This document shows positions 1 through 9,553 of a stretch of 34,595 nucleotides of DNA, one piece after another. The stretch comes from an uncultured Methanosarcinales archaeon (GTDB taxonomy: Archaea; Nanobdellota; Nanobdellia; Woesearchaeales; UBA12501). Every line of letters begins with the position of its first letter. Within the stretch, counting starts at the first letter, position 1. The position numbers and the translations under genes are program-made. The stretch is taken from NCBI GenBank assembly GCA_964397315.1, contig CAYNHV010000013.1, positions 1 to 34,595 of the forward strand, read 5' to 3'. The notes below the pieces were generated by a model. That model was not told the origin of the DNA. It saw only the letters and a list, made by a program, of their open reading frames with translations, and did not search any database.

Positions 1-89
1 GAGGATATATAGCTTATTAAAAAAGCTTATGTCAGAGGGTTTCTGTAAAGCCGGTGGATTCTTCTTCTGTCTTGCTTACTCCCCTGATT

Positions 90-815
90 CTAGTCAGCCC
101 TGGTTTCAACCTCGCCAAAAAAAGGCTCCAGCTGCTTTTTGAAGCCTGCGAAATCCTCTTTTGTGTATGGCTTGGTTTGCCTGAGGTTTTGGTTAAAGGT
201 GTTCCTGTTGTCAAACTGCTGGAGGGCCAGCTTCCTTGCTCCGCTGAGCATTTTTCCTATGCTTCCCAGCTCTTTCTCCCCCACAATGCCGGGCACCACT
301 GTTGTCCTGAACTCGTAATCAAGCGCGTTTTCATGCTGTCCATCTCCTGCTTCCCTTATGAGACGTATGCTCTCCTGTATCTTCTTCTCGTCTGCAGGCA
401 CTCCTGCTGCCCTGCTGTAATCCCCGGCAGGAGCCTTTACATCCATTGCTATGAAATCAACAAGGCCCTTGCTGGTGAGCTCCTCAATCATGCCTGGGTT
501 AGAGCCGTTGGTGTCCAGCTTGACAAGAAACCCCAGCTCTTTTATTCTCGCTATGAGCTGCGGAAGGTCTTTGTGGAGTGTGGGCTCTCCCCCTGTTATA
601 ACAACACCATCAATCCACTTCTTCCTGCTCTCAAGGAATTCAAGCAGGTATTCCTCGCTTGTGGTTTCCAGCCTGTCGTATCTTTCTTTCTCAATAAGGT
701 CAGGGTTCTGGCAGAAGGGGCACTTGAAGTTGCATCCTGCAGTGAATATCACGCAGGCTACTTTTGCCGGGTAGTCAACCAGGCTTGTCTTCTGGAGTCC
801 TTTTATCAAGACCAT
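90..815 (-). CDS. nrdG: Anaerobic ribonucleoside-triphosphate reductase activating protein (radical SAM)
   Basis: CNFKCPFC radical-SAM motif, GVVITGGEPT, KLDTNGS, YEFRTTVVP; last gene of the nrdD operon. ATG at 815 preferred over the ORF-track GTG at 830. Confidence 0.93.
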   Translation of the reverse strand: MVLIKGLQKTSLVDYPAKVACVIFTAGCNFKCPFCQNPDLIEKERYDRLETTSEEYLLEFLESRKKWIDGVVITGGEPTLHKDLPQLIARIKELGFLVKLDTNGSNPGMIEELTSKGLVDFIAMDVKAPAGDYSRAAGVPADEKKIQESIRLIREAGDGQHENALDYEFRTTVVPGIVGEKELGSIGKMLSGARKLALQQFDNRNTFNQNLRQTKPYTKEDFAGFKKQLEPFFGEVETRAD

Positions 816-911
816 ATTCTGTTGCCTCACTATGGAGTTATTCCATTAATTCCGAAGTTGTAAATATGCTTCAAGGATTCCTGCGCTCCTGAAGAAATAT
901 CAGGCAAACTA

Positions 912-1172
912 TTAGTTCTTCTGGTTGTTCTCTTCAAGAGCCTGTTTTAGCTGGTCAACAGACTGCGCTCTCCTGACTTCATTGCCTTCCTCGTCAAGCA
1001 GTATGACAGTGGGCACAGAGGAGACTCCTGCTTCCTGGGCCTTCTTCAGTCCTTCCTGTTCTGAGGCATTTATCTCCTCTCCTTTTATGTCCAGCTCTTT
1101 GATGAATTCCTTTACAGAGTGGCAGTTCGGGCAGATCTCTGTTGTGAAGAGCTTATAACTGCTTATCATCAT
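912..1172 (-). CDS. Glutaredoxin/thioredoxin-like redoxin (NrdH-like)
   Basis: CPNC active site and SVPT cis-Pro motif. Probable start ATG 1172 or 1169 overlaps the 3' end of nrdD. Confidence 0.85.
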   Translation of the reverse strand: MMISSYKLFTTEICPNCHSVKEFIKELDIKGEEINASEQEGLKKAQEAGVSSVPTVILLDEEGNEVRRAQSVDQLKQALEENNQKN

Positions 1173-3363
1173 TATCAGCCTCTTCTGTCCCGCTGCTTTT
1201 TTTGTCCACACTTACCTCTATCTCACCCTCAAACTTGTGCTGAAGGGTTTTTTCTTCCTCATACTCCATCCTGTCCTTGAACTCCTCTTTCTTTCCCTTG
1301 TTCCACTGGCTTATGGGCCTGTAATAGCCCACAATCCTGGAGTATACCTCTGTGGGCTTCTCGCAGACGGGGCAGTTGAACTGTTCTCCTGCTATGTAGC
1401 CGTGCTCGTCGCATATGGAGAAGGTGGGTGTTATGCTGAAGTAAGGCAGCTTTGTGTTGTAGGCTATCTTTTTCACAAGCTCTTTTGCAGCATCCCCGCT
1501 GCTCACCTTCTCTCCCAGAAAGGTGTGGAAGATTGTCCCTCCAGTGTACAATGGCTGTATGTCATTCTGGTGCTCCAGCGCCTCCACTGCATCGTCTGTC
1601 TTGTCAACAGGAAGGTGTGTTGAGTTTGTAAGGTATGGCTCTTCCTTTCCTGCTGTTATTATCCCTGGATAGAGCTTCTTGTCCTCCTTCGCCAGCCTGT
1701 AGGTTGCTCCCTCTCCAGGCGTGGCCTCAAGGTTGTACAGGTTGCCTGTCTCCTGCTGGAACTCCTTGAGCTTTCCCCTCATGAATTTCATGGCCTCTGT
1801 GGCAAAGCTCTTTCCCTCTTTTGAGTCTATGCCCTTGCCCAGGAAGTTAAGGCAGCACTCGTTCATTCCTATCAGCCCGATTGTTGAGAAGTGGTTCCTG
1901 AAAGTTCCAAGATACCTCTTTGTGTAGGGCATAAGGCCGTTCTCAAGGTTCTTGTTCACTATCCTTCTCTTGACCTCAAGAGACTCCTTTGCAAGGCTCA
2001 TGTAATATCCCAGTTTCTCAAAGAAGTCCTCTTTGGATTTTGCCTCGTATCCAAGCCGGTTCATGTTTATTGTCACGACACCAAGGCTTCCTGTGTTGTC
2101 TCCCGGACCCCACATGCTTCCGGGCCTGTTCATGAGCTCGTTCTGGTCCAGGTTGAGCCTGCAGCACATGGCCCTTATTGACTTGGGGTCAAGGCCGCTT
2201 CCAATATAGTTCTGGAAGTAGGGAGTGCCGTATTTTGCTGTCAGCTCAAAAAGGAGCTTTCCATTCTCACTTCCCCAGTCAAACTCCTTTGTTACATTGT
2301 AAGTTGGTATTGGGAATGAGAATATCCTTCCGTTGGCATCCCCTTCAAGCATTACCTCAAGAAATGCCTTGTTTATCATGTCCATCTCCTTCTGGCAGTC
2401 TCCATAAGTGAAGTCCTGCTCCTTACCTCCCACTACAGCCTTCTCCTCTTTCATGTCCTCAGGCACTGTCCAGTCAAAAGTGAGGTTGGAGAATGGGTAT
2501 TGGCTTCCCCATCTTGAGGGTATGTTCAGCGAGAAAACAAGCTTCTGCATCTCCTGCTTCACCTGCTTGTATGTAAGCTTGTCTGCCTTGACAAAAGGGG
2601 CCAGGAGGGTGTCTATGCTTGAGAATGCCTGGGCTCCTGCAAACTCCATCTGAAGGCAGCCGATATAATTCACCATCTGGTGGACCACAACCCCCAGGTG
2701 CTTTGGGGGCTTTGCATCAACCTTGTTCTTCACACCCCCGAATCCCCACAGCAGGAGGTTTTTCAGGGACCATCCTGCGCAGTAGCCTATGAACCCATGG
2801 TTGAGATCATGGATGTGGAAATAACCTTTCTTGTGCGCGTCTGCTATCTGCGGCGAGTATATCTCGTTAAGGGCGTAGTTGGCTATTACCTTCCCTGCGG
2901 TGTAAAGCAGAAGCCCTGAGAAAGAGAATGCCTCATTGCTGTTCTCCTTGACCCTCCAGTCAGCCCTGCCAAGATAATCGCTTATTGTGTTCACGCAGTC
3001 TATTGCAACGCTTTTTGTCTCTCTTATCTTCTGGTGCTGGTACCTGTAGAGTATGTATGCCTTTGCTGTCTTTGCATGGCCTGATTTTATAAGGACAGTC
3101 TCAACAATATCCTGAAGCTCCTCAACAGTCGGCACTTCTCCAACGTCATACTTGAATTCAAGGATGGTGATTACCTTGTCAGCCAGGATCTCGGCGAGCT
3201 TTCTGTCATGGCCTCCCACGGACTTTGCTGCCGCGAATATGGCATTTGTTATCTTTTCCTTTGTGAACTCAACAACCCTTCCATCCCTCTTTTTTATCAT
3301 TTTTATCCTGTAGGGGTTTCCCTCAACAGCATTGATGTCCTCTTTTTTGTTTTCTTCAGCCAT
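1153..3363 (-). CDS. nrdD: Class III (anaerobic) ribonucleoside-triphosphate reductase with N-terminal ATP cone
   Basis: ATP cone (IKKRDGRVVEF...KITNAI), HIHDL, MCCRL finger loop, CDEH...CPVC zinc site, YSRIVGYYRP glycyl-radical motif. Confidence 0.97.
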   Translation of the reverse strand: MAEENKKEDINAVEGNPYRIKMIKKRDGRVVEFTKEKITNAIFAAAKSVGGHDRKLAEILADKVITILEFKYDVGEVPTVEELQDIVETVLIKSGHAKTAKAYILYRYQHQKIRETKSVAIDCVNTISDYLGRADWRVKENSNEAFSFSGLLLYTAGKVIANYALNEIYSPQIADAHKKGYFHIHDLNHGFIGYCAGWSLKNLLLWGFGGVKNKVDAKPPKHLGVVVHQMVNYIGCLQMEFAGAQAFSSIDTLLAPFVKADKLTYKQVKQEMQKLVFSLNIPSRWGSQYPFSNLTFDWTVPEDMKEEKAVVGGKEQDFTYGDCQKEMDMINKAFLEVMLEGDANGRIFSFPIPTYNVTKEFDWGSENGKLLFELTAKYGTPYFQNYIGSGLDPKSIRAMCCRLNLDQNELMNRPGSMWGPGDNTGSLGVVTINMNRLGYEAKSKEDFFEKLGYYMSLAKESLEVKRRIVNKNLENGLMPYTKRYLGTFRNHFSTIGLIGMNECCLNFLGKGIDSKEGKSFATEAMKFMRGKLKEFQQETGNLYNLEATPGEGATYRLAKEDKKLYPGIITAGKEEPYLTNSTHLPVDKTDDAVEALEHQNDIQPLYTGGTIFHTFLGEKVSSGDAAKELVKKIAYNTKLPYFSITPTFSICDEHGYIAGEQFNCPVCEKPTEVYSRIVGYYRPISQWNKGKKEEFKDRMEYEEEKTLQHKFEGEIEVSVDKKSSGTEEADNDDKQL

Positions 3364-3369
3364 GTCTTG

Positions 3370-3846
3370 TCACCTCTTTGCTGTCTTGCTTTTCTTTATC
3401 CTCTTCCTGAGCTTGTCAAGCTCCTCCTCAAAGGAGGTGAGATCCTCAAACTCCCTGTACACAGAGGCAAAGCGTATGTATGCCACCTTGTCAAGCTTTT
3501 TCAGCTTTTTGATGAGCAGCTCTCCAAGGTCCTTGCTCTCAATCTCCTTGGATTTCCTGTTGAGCAGCTCTGCCTCAATCTCCCCTATGAGCTTGTCTAT
3601 CTTCTCCTTGCTTATGGGCCGCTTCTCACAGGCCTTCTCTATGCCCTTTTTCAGCTTTTCCCTGTCAAAGGGCTCTCTTGTGCCGTCCTTCTTCACTATG
3701 GAGAGGTCCAGTATCTCAACCTTCTCATATGTTGTGAACCTCTTCCTGCACTTGAGGCATTCCCTTCTTCTTCTTATTATCCCCGGGCCGCTCTCCCTTT
3801 TGTCAATAACTCTGCTTTCTGTTGAAGAGCAGTATGGGCATCTCAT
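3370..3846 (-). CDS. nrdR: Transcriptional repressor NrdR (Zn ribbon plus ATP cone)
   Basis: MRCPYC...IRRRRECLKCRKRFTTYE, VKKDGTREPFDREK, DKVAYIRFASVYREF. Confidence 0.97.
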   Translation of the reverse strand: MRCPYCSSTESRVIDKRESGPGIIRRRRECLKCRKRFTTYEKVEILDLSIVKKDGTREPFDREKLKKGIEKACEKRPISKEKIDKLIGEIEAELLNRKSKEIESKDLGELLIKKLKKLDKVAYIRFASVYREFEDLTSFEEELDKLRKRIKKSKTAKR

Positions 3847-3908
3847 TGTTTTCTCCGTGGGCTCCAGGTTCAGGCAGATGTTTCATCACTTTATGATAAT
3901 TGCATGAA

Positions 3909-3955
3909 ACACAATATCTTGTGGTTTTTTCAACCGCAAACACAAGATACAGTGT
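3909..3955. promoter_or_regulatory. Tandem NrdR boxes
   Basis: ACACAATATCTTGTGG (3909-3924) and ACACAAGATACAGTGT (3940-3955) match the acaCwAtATaTwGtgt consensus. Their starts are 31 bp apart, directly upstream of nrdR-nrdD. Confidence 0.88.
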
Positions 3956-3962
3956 AAGGTCT

Positions 3963-3970
3963 TATTTAAA
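3963..3970 (-). promoter_or_regulatory. TATA box of the nrd operon
   Basis: TTTAAATA on the minus strand immediately upstream of the NrdR boxes. Confidence 0.65.
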
Positions 3971-4073
3971 TATTGTGGTATTCAAGAGTATGGGTTTTAG
4001 AATTATTTTCAATAATAAAAACATTAAATCTGCCAAAAACATTAGCTCATAATGTAATCTGTGTTATCAGAGC

Positions 4074-4340
4074 TCAAATCTTATAGACAATATCCCCTTC
4101 CCTTGCCTTTTCTGCTGTCTTTATTGCTGCTTCCTGGCCAGCAGCTGCTTCCTCCACATCATTCCTGTCTATCTGCATTGACTCAACTTGCTGCTGGAAG
4201 TTGGTTGTGGAGCCTTCCACTGAGATCCTATCCCCTTTCTTCAGGCTGTCAGACAGCTTTATCACGCAGACACCCAGGTTTGTGAAGTAGTGCACAACTT
4301 CACCTATCCTCTTCTTTTCTCCAGAATCTGTTTCTGCCAT
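4074..4340 (-). CDS. Small beta-barrel protein (translation elongation factor-like / U32 peptidase C-terminal-like)
   Basis: IGEVVHYFTNLGV...LKKGDRI...FQQQVESMQID...REGDIVYK pattern; SD GGAGGTGA upstream. Confidence 0.75.
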   Translation of the reverse strand: MAETDSGEKKRIGEVVHYFTNLGVCVIKLSDSLKKGDRISVEGSTTNFQQQVESMQIDRNDVEEAAAGQEAAIKTAEKAREGDIVYKI

Positions 4341-4518
4341 TTTTCACCTCCCAACACCCTTATATGCTTTTTAAATATAAAAAATTAGCGGTGATAATGG
4401 GGTAGAAGGGCAAAATCTCATATCTGGCTTAAATTTTAAAAATATTTATATATATTCAACACTTATATATGTAAAAAATCCTGTATTTTTGGTTTATTTT
4501 ATCATAATCAGGCCCAAA

Positions 4519-6207
4519 ATGGGTCAGAAGGTGCAGGATCCTTGTTCAAGAGGTTTTAAATTGCTCATCGCAAAAAAGAGCAGCCATGCAGCAACAGCAG
4601 CTGCATTTACAGTAATACTGGCAGTATGCGGAATTCTGGCACTCTCAGGATGTGATGGAGGCCCCTCAGATAAAGGAGGGTCAATCACAGGGATGGCAGC
4701 CTCAAAAGTTAAAATAAACAACTCCTCCCCTGATGTTTCTTTCTCAGGCAACATCACAGTTGATGAGGGCGGGATTGCTGACACGAACGCAACAGCAAAT
4801 GACCTTAATGGAGACAGCGTGCTTTTCTTCTTCTCAGACCCCCTAAACAGCGCAGGAAAATGGCAGACAAGATATGATGATGCTGGAATCTATGATGCTT
4901 ACCTGACTGCAAGCGACGGCAAGGACACTATAAAAGAAGACTTTACCATAACAGTGAATGACATCTACAAGCCAATAAACCTCACATTGAGGATAATCAA
5001 TTTCATAGACAAGGAGTACAATTTCACAATACAGGACAGCGGCTACAAGCTAAAGGGAGAGATCATAAACAGGATTTCAGTGGTAAAAGAGACGGCGAAT
5101 GGCATGATAGAGCTCTCAACAAGCGCAGACAGCTATACCTTCACCACAAGCCCCACAGAGAACAGCACACTCTCATTCAAGAAATACGTGGAGAACTCCT
5201 CTGTCCTGAACATATACCTTGAGGGAGGCATAAACCCAGTCTCTTCCGCTAATATCAGCTTTAAGGGAGATGCGTTTGCATTCCATCCCCTCTTTGACAT
5301 TCAAATGGGGAAACTATGCTTTGACACAGCAGGAGCTGATTTTAATAATGAGTCAAGAAAGGCGCTCTTCAGGTGCGAATGGGACTTTGCAGACAGCGAG
5401 TGCAGAAGCCTGTGGAAAAGCGTGCCGCACTATGAGGAGGGAACAAGGATGTGCTATAACACAACATCCTTCTCTGCCTTTGCTCTCGGTGAGACCCTAA
5501 CATACTACTGCGGTGACGGAATATGCGATGCAACAGAGGACTGCAGCTCATGCCCTGAGGACTGCGGAAAGTGCCCTGAGAAGGCAGAGCCCGCTCCATC
5601 AGGCCCTTCTGAGAGAGGGCCAAGAAGGATACCTCCAGGAGCGTACACTCCATCAGAGGCAGAGCTGCCTCCTGAAATGCACCTAATCCCCCTAATGGAT
5701 GTGATGCTGAAGATACTTCCCAAGTACAGGACAGTATATCCAGGGGCGGACTTGTTCTCTGAAATCCTCCTCTACAACCTTGGGGAAACAAGAAGGGTTG
5801 ACGTTGAGGTCGTGTATTCAATAAATGACACCAGCAAAAGGACAGTGTATAAAGATAGCGAGACACTTGCAGTAGAGACCAGCCTGAGCAAGATAAAGCA
5901 GTTCAAGGCTCCTGAGAAGCCCGGCAAGTTTCTCCTCATCGCAGAAGCCCATTACGGCAATGCCACAGCAAGAAGCACAGCCATGTTCACTGTAACTAAA
6001 AAGCCTGTTGAGGAGAAACCATCCCCTTTTGCACCCTACATCCAGACATACATCCTTCTGCTGATACTTGTGATAACACTCATGCTCATGTTCCTCCTGC
6101 TTTACGAGTACAGGGAGATAAAGAGGATTGCAAAAGAGACCAGAAAGATAAAGTCAAAGGACTTTGCGAGAAAAGGCCTTGTAAGGAAGAAAAAAAGCGG
6201 CAAATAG
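4519..6207 (+). CDS. Membrane-anchored surface protein (Ig/PKD-like domain, CGDGxC Cys-rich module, C-terminal TM and basic tail)
   Basis: N-terminal hydrophobic segment ending LSGC; DAGIYDAYLTASDG Ig-like strand; CGDGICDATEDCSSCPEDCG; C-terminal TM. Start is uncertain (TTG 4489 or ATG 4519). Confidence 0.75.
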   Translation: MGQKVQDPCSRGFKLLIAKKSSHAATAAAFTVILAVCGILALSGCDGGPSDKGGSITGMAASKVKINNSSPDVSFSGNITVDEGGIADTNATANDLNGDSVLFFFSDPLNSAGKWQTRYDDAGIYDAYLTASDGKDTIKEDFTITVNDIYKPINLTLRIINFIDKEYNFTIQDSGYKLKGEIINRISVVKETANGMIELSTSADSYTFTTSPTENSTLSFKKYVENSSVLNIYLEGGINPVSSANISFKGDAFAFHPLFDIQMGKLCFDTAGADFNNESRKALFRCEWDFADSECRSLWKSVPHYEEGTRMCYNTTSFSAFALGETLTYYCGDGICDATEDCSSCPEDCGKCPEKAEPAPSGPSERGPRRIPPGAYTPSEAELPPEMHLIPLMDVMLKILPKYRTVYPGADLFSEILLYNLGETRRVDVEVVYSINDTSKRTVYKDSETLAVETSLSKIKQFKAPEKPGKFLLIAEAHYGNATARSTAMFTVTKKPVEEKPSPFAPYIQTYILLLILVITLMLMFLLLYEYREIKRIAKETRKIKSKDFARKGLVRKKKSGK

Positions 6208-6245
6208 AATCACCGCAGCAGAAGGGCAGAAGAGAGAATCTTATC

Positions 6246-9032
6246 ATGACAGGCAAAAAAGGAAAAAAGAGGGATTACAGCAGGATTAAGGAAATCCTTG
6301 GCTGGAGCAGGACGGGCTCCATACACGAGTTTTTATTGAACAGCTCAAAGGTTATCACCATAATCCTTGACAGGAAAGGAAAGATACTGTTTGTCAACAG
6401 GCCAGCCCTGAAATCCCTGGGATATTCTGAAGACGAGGTTATCGGAAAATCATTCAGAAAGTTCCTGAGCAGAAAATCAGCAGGCAGGGCAGAGAAGCTT
6501 CTTGAAAACGAGCTCAAGGGGAATTCTCAGCCTGAGGAAATCCTTGAGGCAAGAGCAAGGTCAGGAGACAAGAGATATCTGGAGTTTTCTCCTGGCTCAA
6601 CACTGCTGCGCTCAGGAAACAGGATAAAAGGGATCATCCTCTGCGCTTTTGACATCACAAAAAGGATGAAGAAGGGGGATGAGCTCAAGCTTGCTGATGA
6701 TGTAAGGCTCAACATAATAAGAGAGGCTCCGTTTGGCATATATGTTGTCAACCAGCAGGGAGTTATAGAATACGCGAACTCTGCAATGTGCAGGATATCG
6801 GGCATTAAAAAAAAGGAGCTTGAGGGCATAAACACACTAACACTTCCCACATACAAGAGAATAGGCCTTTCTGACAAGATAAAAAAGGGCCTCAGGGGAA
6901 AGGCTTTCTCAATAGGGCCTCTTGAATACACATCCCACTATGGCAAAAAAAGGACAATAAGGAATTTCAAGGGCATACCCCTCAGGGAGGACGGCGTGAG
7001 CAAGCTTCTTGTTGTTGTGGAGGACCTCACAAAACAGAAGGAGGCAGAGGAAGAGCTCGTGAGGAGCGAAAACAGGCACAGGTTTATTGCAGAGAACATA
7101 AATGATGTCATCTGCATACAGAATCTGAACCTTGACATTACATATGTAAGCCCTTCCATAAAAAGGGCGGCAGGATACAGCCCCAAGGAGGTTGTGGGTG
7201 GGAACATGAAGGATTTTATGACCTCCTCATCCTACAAAAGGGCAGCATCCTCCTTCAGGAAGGCATTGAAAAAAGCCAGGAAAAAGGATGCACAACTTCC
7301 CCTGATGGAATATGAGTATGTCAGAAAGGACGGCTCAACAATGTGGGGGGAGTTGAAGGCGACTTTCCTTAGAGATTCAGATGGAAATCTGACAGGCCTT
7401 CTGGGAGTTATAAGGGACATAACAGAGAGGAAAAAGGCTGAGGATAAACTGAAGGAGTCAGAAGAAAAGTTTAGGCTTACATTTGAGAATGCCCTTGATG
7501 CTATAATCTGGGCGGATCCGCGGACAGGAAGAATCACAAACTGTAACAGGGCGGCAGAGAAGCTGATTGGCATGAAGAGGAAGGATATAATCGGCAGGCC
7601 CCAGAAAATGCTCCACCCCCCTGAACTAAGAAAAGAAGCCCTAAAAAGATTCAGGCAGCACTCTGAAAAGGGAGGGACTATTGAAAGCAAGATTATCACA
7701 AGCAAGGGAGAGAGGGTTCCTGTAAGCATCACAGCATCAACAACCTTTGTAAAAGGAGAGCCAATAGCACAGGGCATATTCAGGGATATAAGAGACAGGA
7801 AAAAAGCAGAGAAAAGCCTGAAGGAAAGCGAGGAAAGATTCAGGAGAATATACGAGCAGTCGCCTATAGGCATTGAGATATACAATGCCAAAGGAGGGCT
7901 GCTGCACGCGAACAAGGCATGCCTGGATATATTCGGCGTTTCCGACATATCCGAAGTGAAGGACTTCAATCTTTTCAGCGACCCGAACCTGCCTGAAGAG
8001 GCGAGGAAAAAGATAATCAGAGGAGAGGGGGCAAGCTATGAGTCATATTTTGACTTTGACATTGTAAGGAGAAAAAAACTGTACAGGACCTCAAAATCAG
8101 GGAAGATATGGGTTGAGGTTATCATAACCTCCCTTGCCCTAGGAAATAATAAACGCAATAAGGGCAGTAAAAACCGCGAGAATAAAGAAAAAACAGGGTA
8201 TCTCGTGCAGGTTGCGGACATAACAAAGGAGAAAGAGGCAGAGAATCTTAAGGCAGAAGAGCTCAAAAAGCTGCAGGGGCTGGACAGGCTCAAGACACAT
8301 TTCCTCACCCTTGCCTCCCATGAGCTCAAGAATCCCCTCACCCCCATGCTCTCCCAGCTGCAGATGCTTGAGGACGGCACTTTGGGGGGGCTGAACAAGG
8401 ACCAGCAGGAGGGCATTGAGATAATACACAAAAGCGCTGATCATCTTGTCAAGCTTGTTGATGACATACTTGACATAAGCAGGCTTGAGGCAGGGAGGAT
8501 GAAGTTTGACATGAGAAGCATTAACATAAATAATGTCATAAGGGATGTGTGCAATGCCATGGCCCCTTCTGCAAAGGAAAAAGGAATATCCCTGAAGCAA
8601 AGCCTTAAGAAGCTTCCTAAAACAAGAGCAGACCCCTTTAGGATAAGGCAGGTGCTGTTAAATTACCTGAGCAACGCAATAAAATTCACCAACAGAAGGG
8701 GCAGGATTTATGTAAGCTCTGAAAGCCAGCCAGGCAGAATAATTGTCAGGGTAACAGACACAGGCATTGGTGTAAAAAAGGAGGAGCAGCACAAGATATT
8801 CGCCCCATTCTTTCAGGCGCAGGAAGTTGCGGGAAAAAAGAAGTTTGGATTCGGGCTGGGCCTCACCACATCAAAAGGCATAATTGAGGGGCACAACGGC
8901 GAGATAGGTGTTGATTCAAGATTCAGCAGGGGCTCCACATTCTGGTTTACACTGCCGCTTAATAATACTGTCAGGAGACAGTGCAGAGAGAACAAGAACA
9001 AAAAAGAAAAAATTAAAAATGGGAAAAGGTGA
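6246..9032 (+). CDS. Cytoplasmic multi-PAS (5 PAS/PAC) sensor histidine kinase
   Basis: Five PAS units, each ending in a D[IL][TR] linker; H-box SHELKNPLT, N-box NYLSNAIKFT, G1 DTGIG, G2 GFGLGL; no TM segment. Confidence 0.95.
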   Translation: MTGKKGKKRDYSRIKEILGWSRTGSIHEFLLNSSKVITIILDRKGKILFVNRPALKSLGYSEDEVIGKSFRKFLSRKSAGRAEKLLENELKGNSQPEEILEARARSGDKRYLEFSPGSTLLRSGNRIKGIILCAFDITKRMKKGDELKLADDVRLNIIREAPFGIYVVNQQGVIEYANSAMCRISGIKKKELEGINTLTLPTYKRIGLSDKIKKGLRGKAFSIGPLEYTSHYGKKRTIRNFKGIPLREDGVSKLLVVVEDLTKQKEAEEELVRSENRHRFIAENINDVICIQNLNLDITYVSPSIKRAAGYSPKEVVGGNMKDFMTSSSYKRAASSFRKALKKARKKDAQLPLMEYEYVRKDGSTMWGELKATFLRDSDGNLTGLLGVIRDITERKKAEDKLKESEEKFRLTFENALDAIIWADPRTGRITNCNRAAEKLIGMKRKDIIGRPQKMLHPPELRKEALKRFRQHSEKGGTIESKIITSKGERVPVSITASTTFVKGEPIAQGIFRDIRDRKKAEKSLKESEERFRRIYEQSPIGIEIYNAKGGLLHANKACLDIFGVSDISEVKDFNLFSDPNLPEEARKKIIRGEGASYESYFDFDIVRRKKLYRTSKSGKIWVEVIITSLALGNNKRNKGSKNRENKEKTGYLVQVADITKEKEAENLKAEELKKLQGLDRLKTHFLTLASHELKNPLTPMLSQLQMLEDGTLGGLNKDQQEGIEIIHKSADHLVKLVDDILDISRLEAGRMKFDMRSININNVIRDVCNAMAPSAKEKGISLKQSLKKLPKTRADPFRIRQVLLNYLSNAIKFTNRRGRIYVSSESQPGRIIVRVTDTGIGVKKEEQHKIFAPFFQAQEVAGKKKFGFGLGLTTSKGIIEGHNGEIGVDSRFSRGSTFWFTLPLNNTVRRQCRENKNKKEKIKNGKR

Positions 9033-9058
9033 TAACAATCATATATAACAGGCTTAAA

Positions 9059-9553
9059 ATGGACGGGAAAAAAGGCAAAAAGGTGCTGCATGTTGATGAT
9101 GATATTGACACTCTCAAGAGCGTGAAGAAGCTCCTGGAAAAAGAGGGTTTTAATGTCACCAGCGTGCTCAGCGGAAAGAAAGCCCTCTCAAAGCTGGAGA
9201 AGAACAAGTACGACCTCATTCTCCTGGACATGATAATGCCTGACATGAGCGGGTGGGACCTGTTTAACAGGATAAATAAGCTCTCAAGCGGGGCAAGGGT
9301 TGTCTTTCTTACAGTAGTGGAGGCATCGCCTGAGAAAAAGAAGAGACTCAAGAGAGAGGGCATACTTGACTATATACAGAAGCCCTTTGACAATGCCGAT
9401 CTTGTGAGAAGGACTAAAAAGCTGACAGCAAAAGACCTTCTGAAGAAAGGCCTGATAAAGAAAAAGACTGGGAAAGCAAAGAGCGCTCCAAAAAAGAAAC
9501 CAGGCAAGAAAAGGGGGAAAAGGACAAAAAAAGGGGAGGGAAGAAGAAAATGA
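9059..9553 (+). CDS. Response regulator receiver protein with Lys-rich C-terminal tail
   Basis: VLHVDDD, LLDMIMPDMSG, VFLT, YIQKPF. ATG 9059 preferred over GTG 9029. Confidence 0.92.
   Translation: MDGKKGKKVLHVDDDIDTLKSVKKLLEKEGFNVTSVLSGKKALSKLEKNKYDLILLDMIMPDMSGWDLFNRINKLSSGARVVFLTVVEASPEKKKRLKREGILDYIQKPFDNADLVRRTKKLTAKDLLKKGLIKKKTGKAKSAPKKKPGKKRGKRTKKGEGRRK

Noticed and set aside
54..863. 269-aa plus-strand ORF, and similar long antisense ORFs over nrdD, the kinase, lhr, ispH and rnj
   Set aside because: They are shadows of well-supported genes on the opposite strand and show no recognisable motifs.
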